DNA of 64,000 bases from Bacillota bacterium (lineage in GTDB: Bacteria > Bacillota > Desulfotomaculia > Desulfotomaculales > Ammonificaceae), in contig JBFMBK010000007.1 of NCBI GenBank assembly GCA_040755295.1, positions 35,932 to 99,931 of the forward strand, in the 5' to 3' direction. The position numbers and the translations under genes are program-made. Numbering within the stretch: the first letter of the stretch is position 1; each line of letters opens with the position of its first letter. Positions 63,902 to 64,000 of the stretch are shown here, piece after piece. A model generated the notes under the pieces. The model ran no database searches. It was not told where the DNA came from and saw only the letters and a program-made list of their open reading frames with translations.

Positions 63902-64000
63902 GTGGAGCTTGTAGAAGCGACTGCAGTAATCCTGGCCGGGGGCAGGAGCACCCGTATGGGAACGGACAAGGCCTTTCTGGAGGTTGAAGGGCGCAGGCTT
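63902..64000 (+). CDS. MobA-like nucleotidyltransferase (molybdenum cofactor guanylyltransferase family), 5' fragment
   Basis: My own translation from the GTG at 63902 gives VELVEATAVILAGGRSTRMGTDKAFLEVEGRRL, which contains the LAGGxSxRMGxDKA signature. The gene continues beyond the window. Confidence 0.55.
   Translation, partial: MELVEATAVILAGGRSTRMGTDKAFLEVEGRRL

Overview
The gene content and order suggest a chromosomal segment from a spore-forming Firmicute (Clostridia, Peptococcaceae/Desulfotomaculum-like); this taxonomic call is inference. The window has four parts.

(1) 1-25 kb is a conserved housekeeping and sporulation array on the + strand:
- radical SAM TIGR03960, TIGR03936 and an Rne/Rng RNase
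- gltX followed by tRNA-Gln and tRNA-Glu
- a PAS histidine kinase on the minus strand
- a CHASE4-PAS-GGDEF-HD-GYP protein
- rsmE-mtaB-hit-rpsU-yqfC-yqfD-phoH-pgpH(yqfF)-ybeY-cdd-era-mgtE

(2) 26-30.7 kb holds small membrane/redox genes, ubiX and a start-less peptidase M15A-like fragment.

(3) 30.9-39.8 kb is a pile-up of signalling genes:
- a KaiC-like double-domain ATPase split by a -1 frameshift, flanked by a 108-aa unknown, a histidine kinase and a CheY-like receiver
- a decayed AgrC-like kinase remnant, divergent from a LytTR regulator and a GHKL kinase
- an MCP-like protein with a degenerate signalling tip

(4) 40.2-61.6 kb is the most unusual region, a ~21-kb cluster of seven secreted proteins:
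- a 171-aa protein consisting only of a C-terminal-type domain (CTD)
- two paralogous proteins anchored by three SLH repeats
- three giants of 1.6-1.8k aa, built from 7-bladed beta-propellers made of a ~47-aa repeat plus Big_5 Ig domains; each ends in the same CTD as the small protein
- a stand-alone propeller
- a 15-codon relic of a deleted fourth CTD gene

The layout resembles WxL/Csc cell-surface-complex loci, but with SLH anchoring and different passenger domains. I propose it as a candidate undescribed S-layer-associated display system.

The window ends with a GNAT gene, a CGGC-like gene, an uninterrupted sigK (minus strand) and the start of a MobA-like gene.

A family of imperfect-palindromic, purine/pyrimidine-skewed intergenic repeats (CAGAAGTC / GTC[GA]GA motifs) sits in many junctions of the conserved operons. 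No CRISPR array, rRNA, transposase or prophage genes were seen.

All family assignments come from motif recognition by eye. No searches were run.
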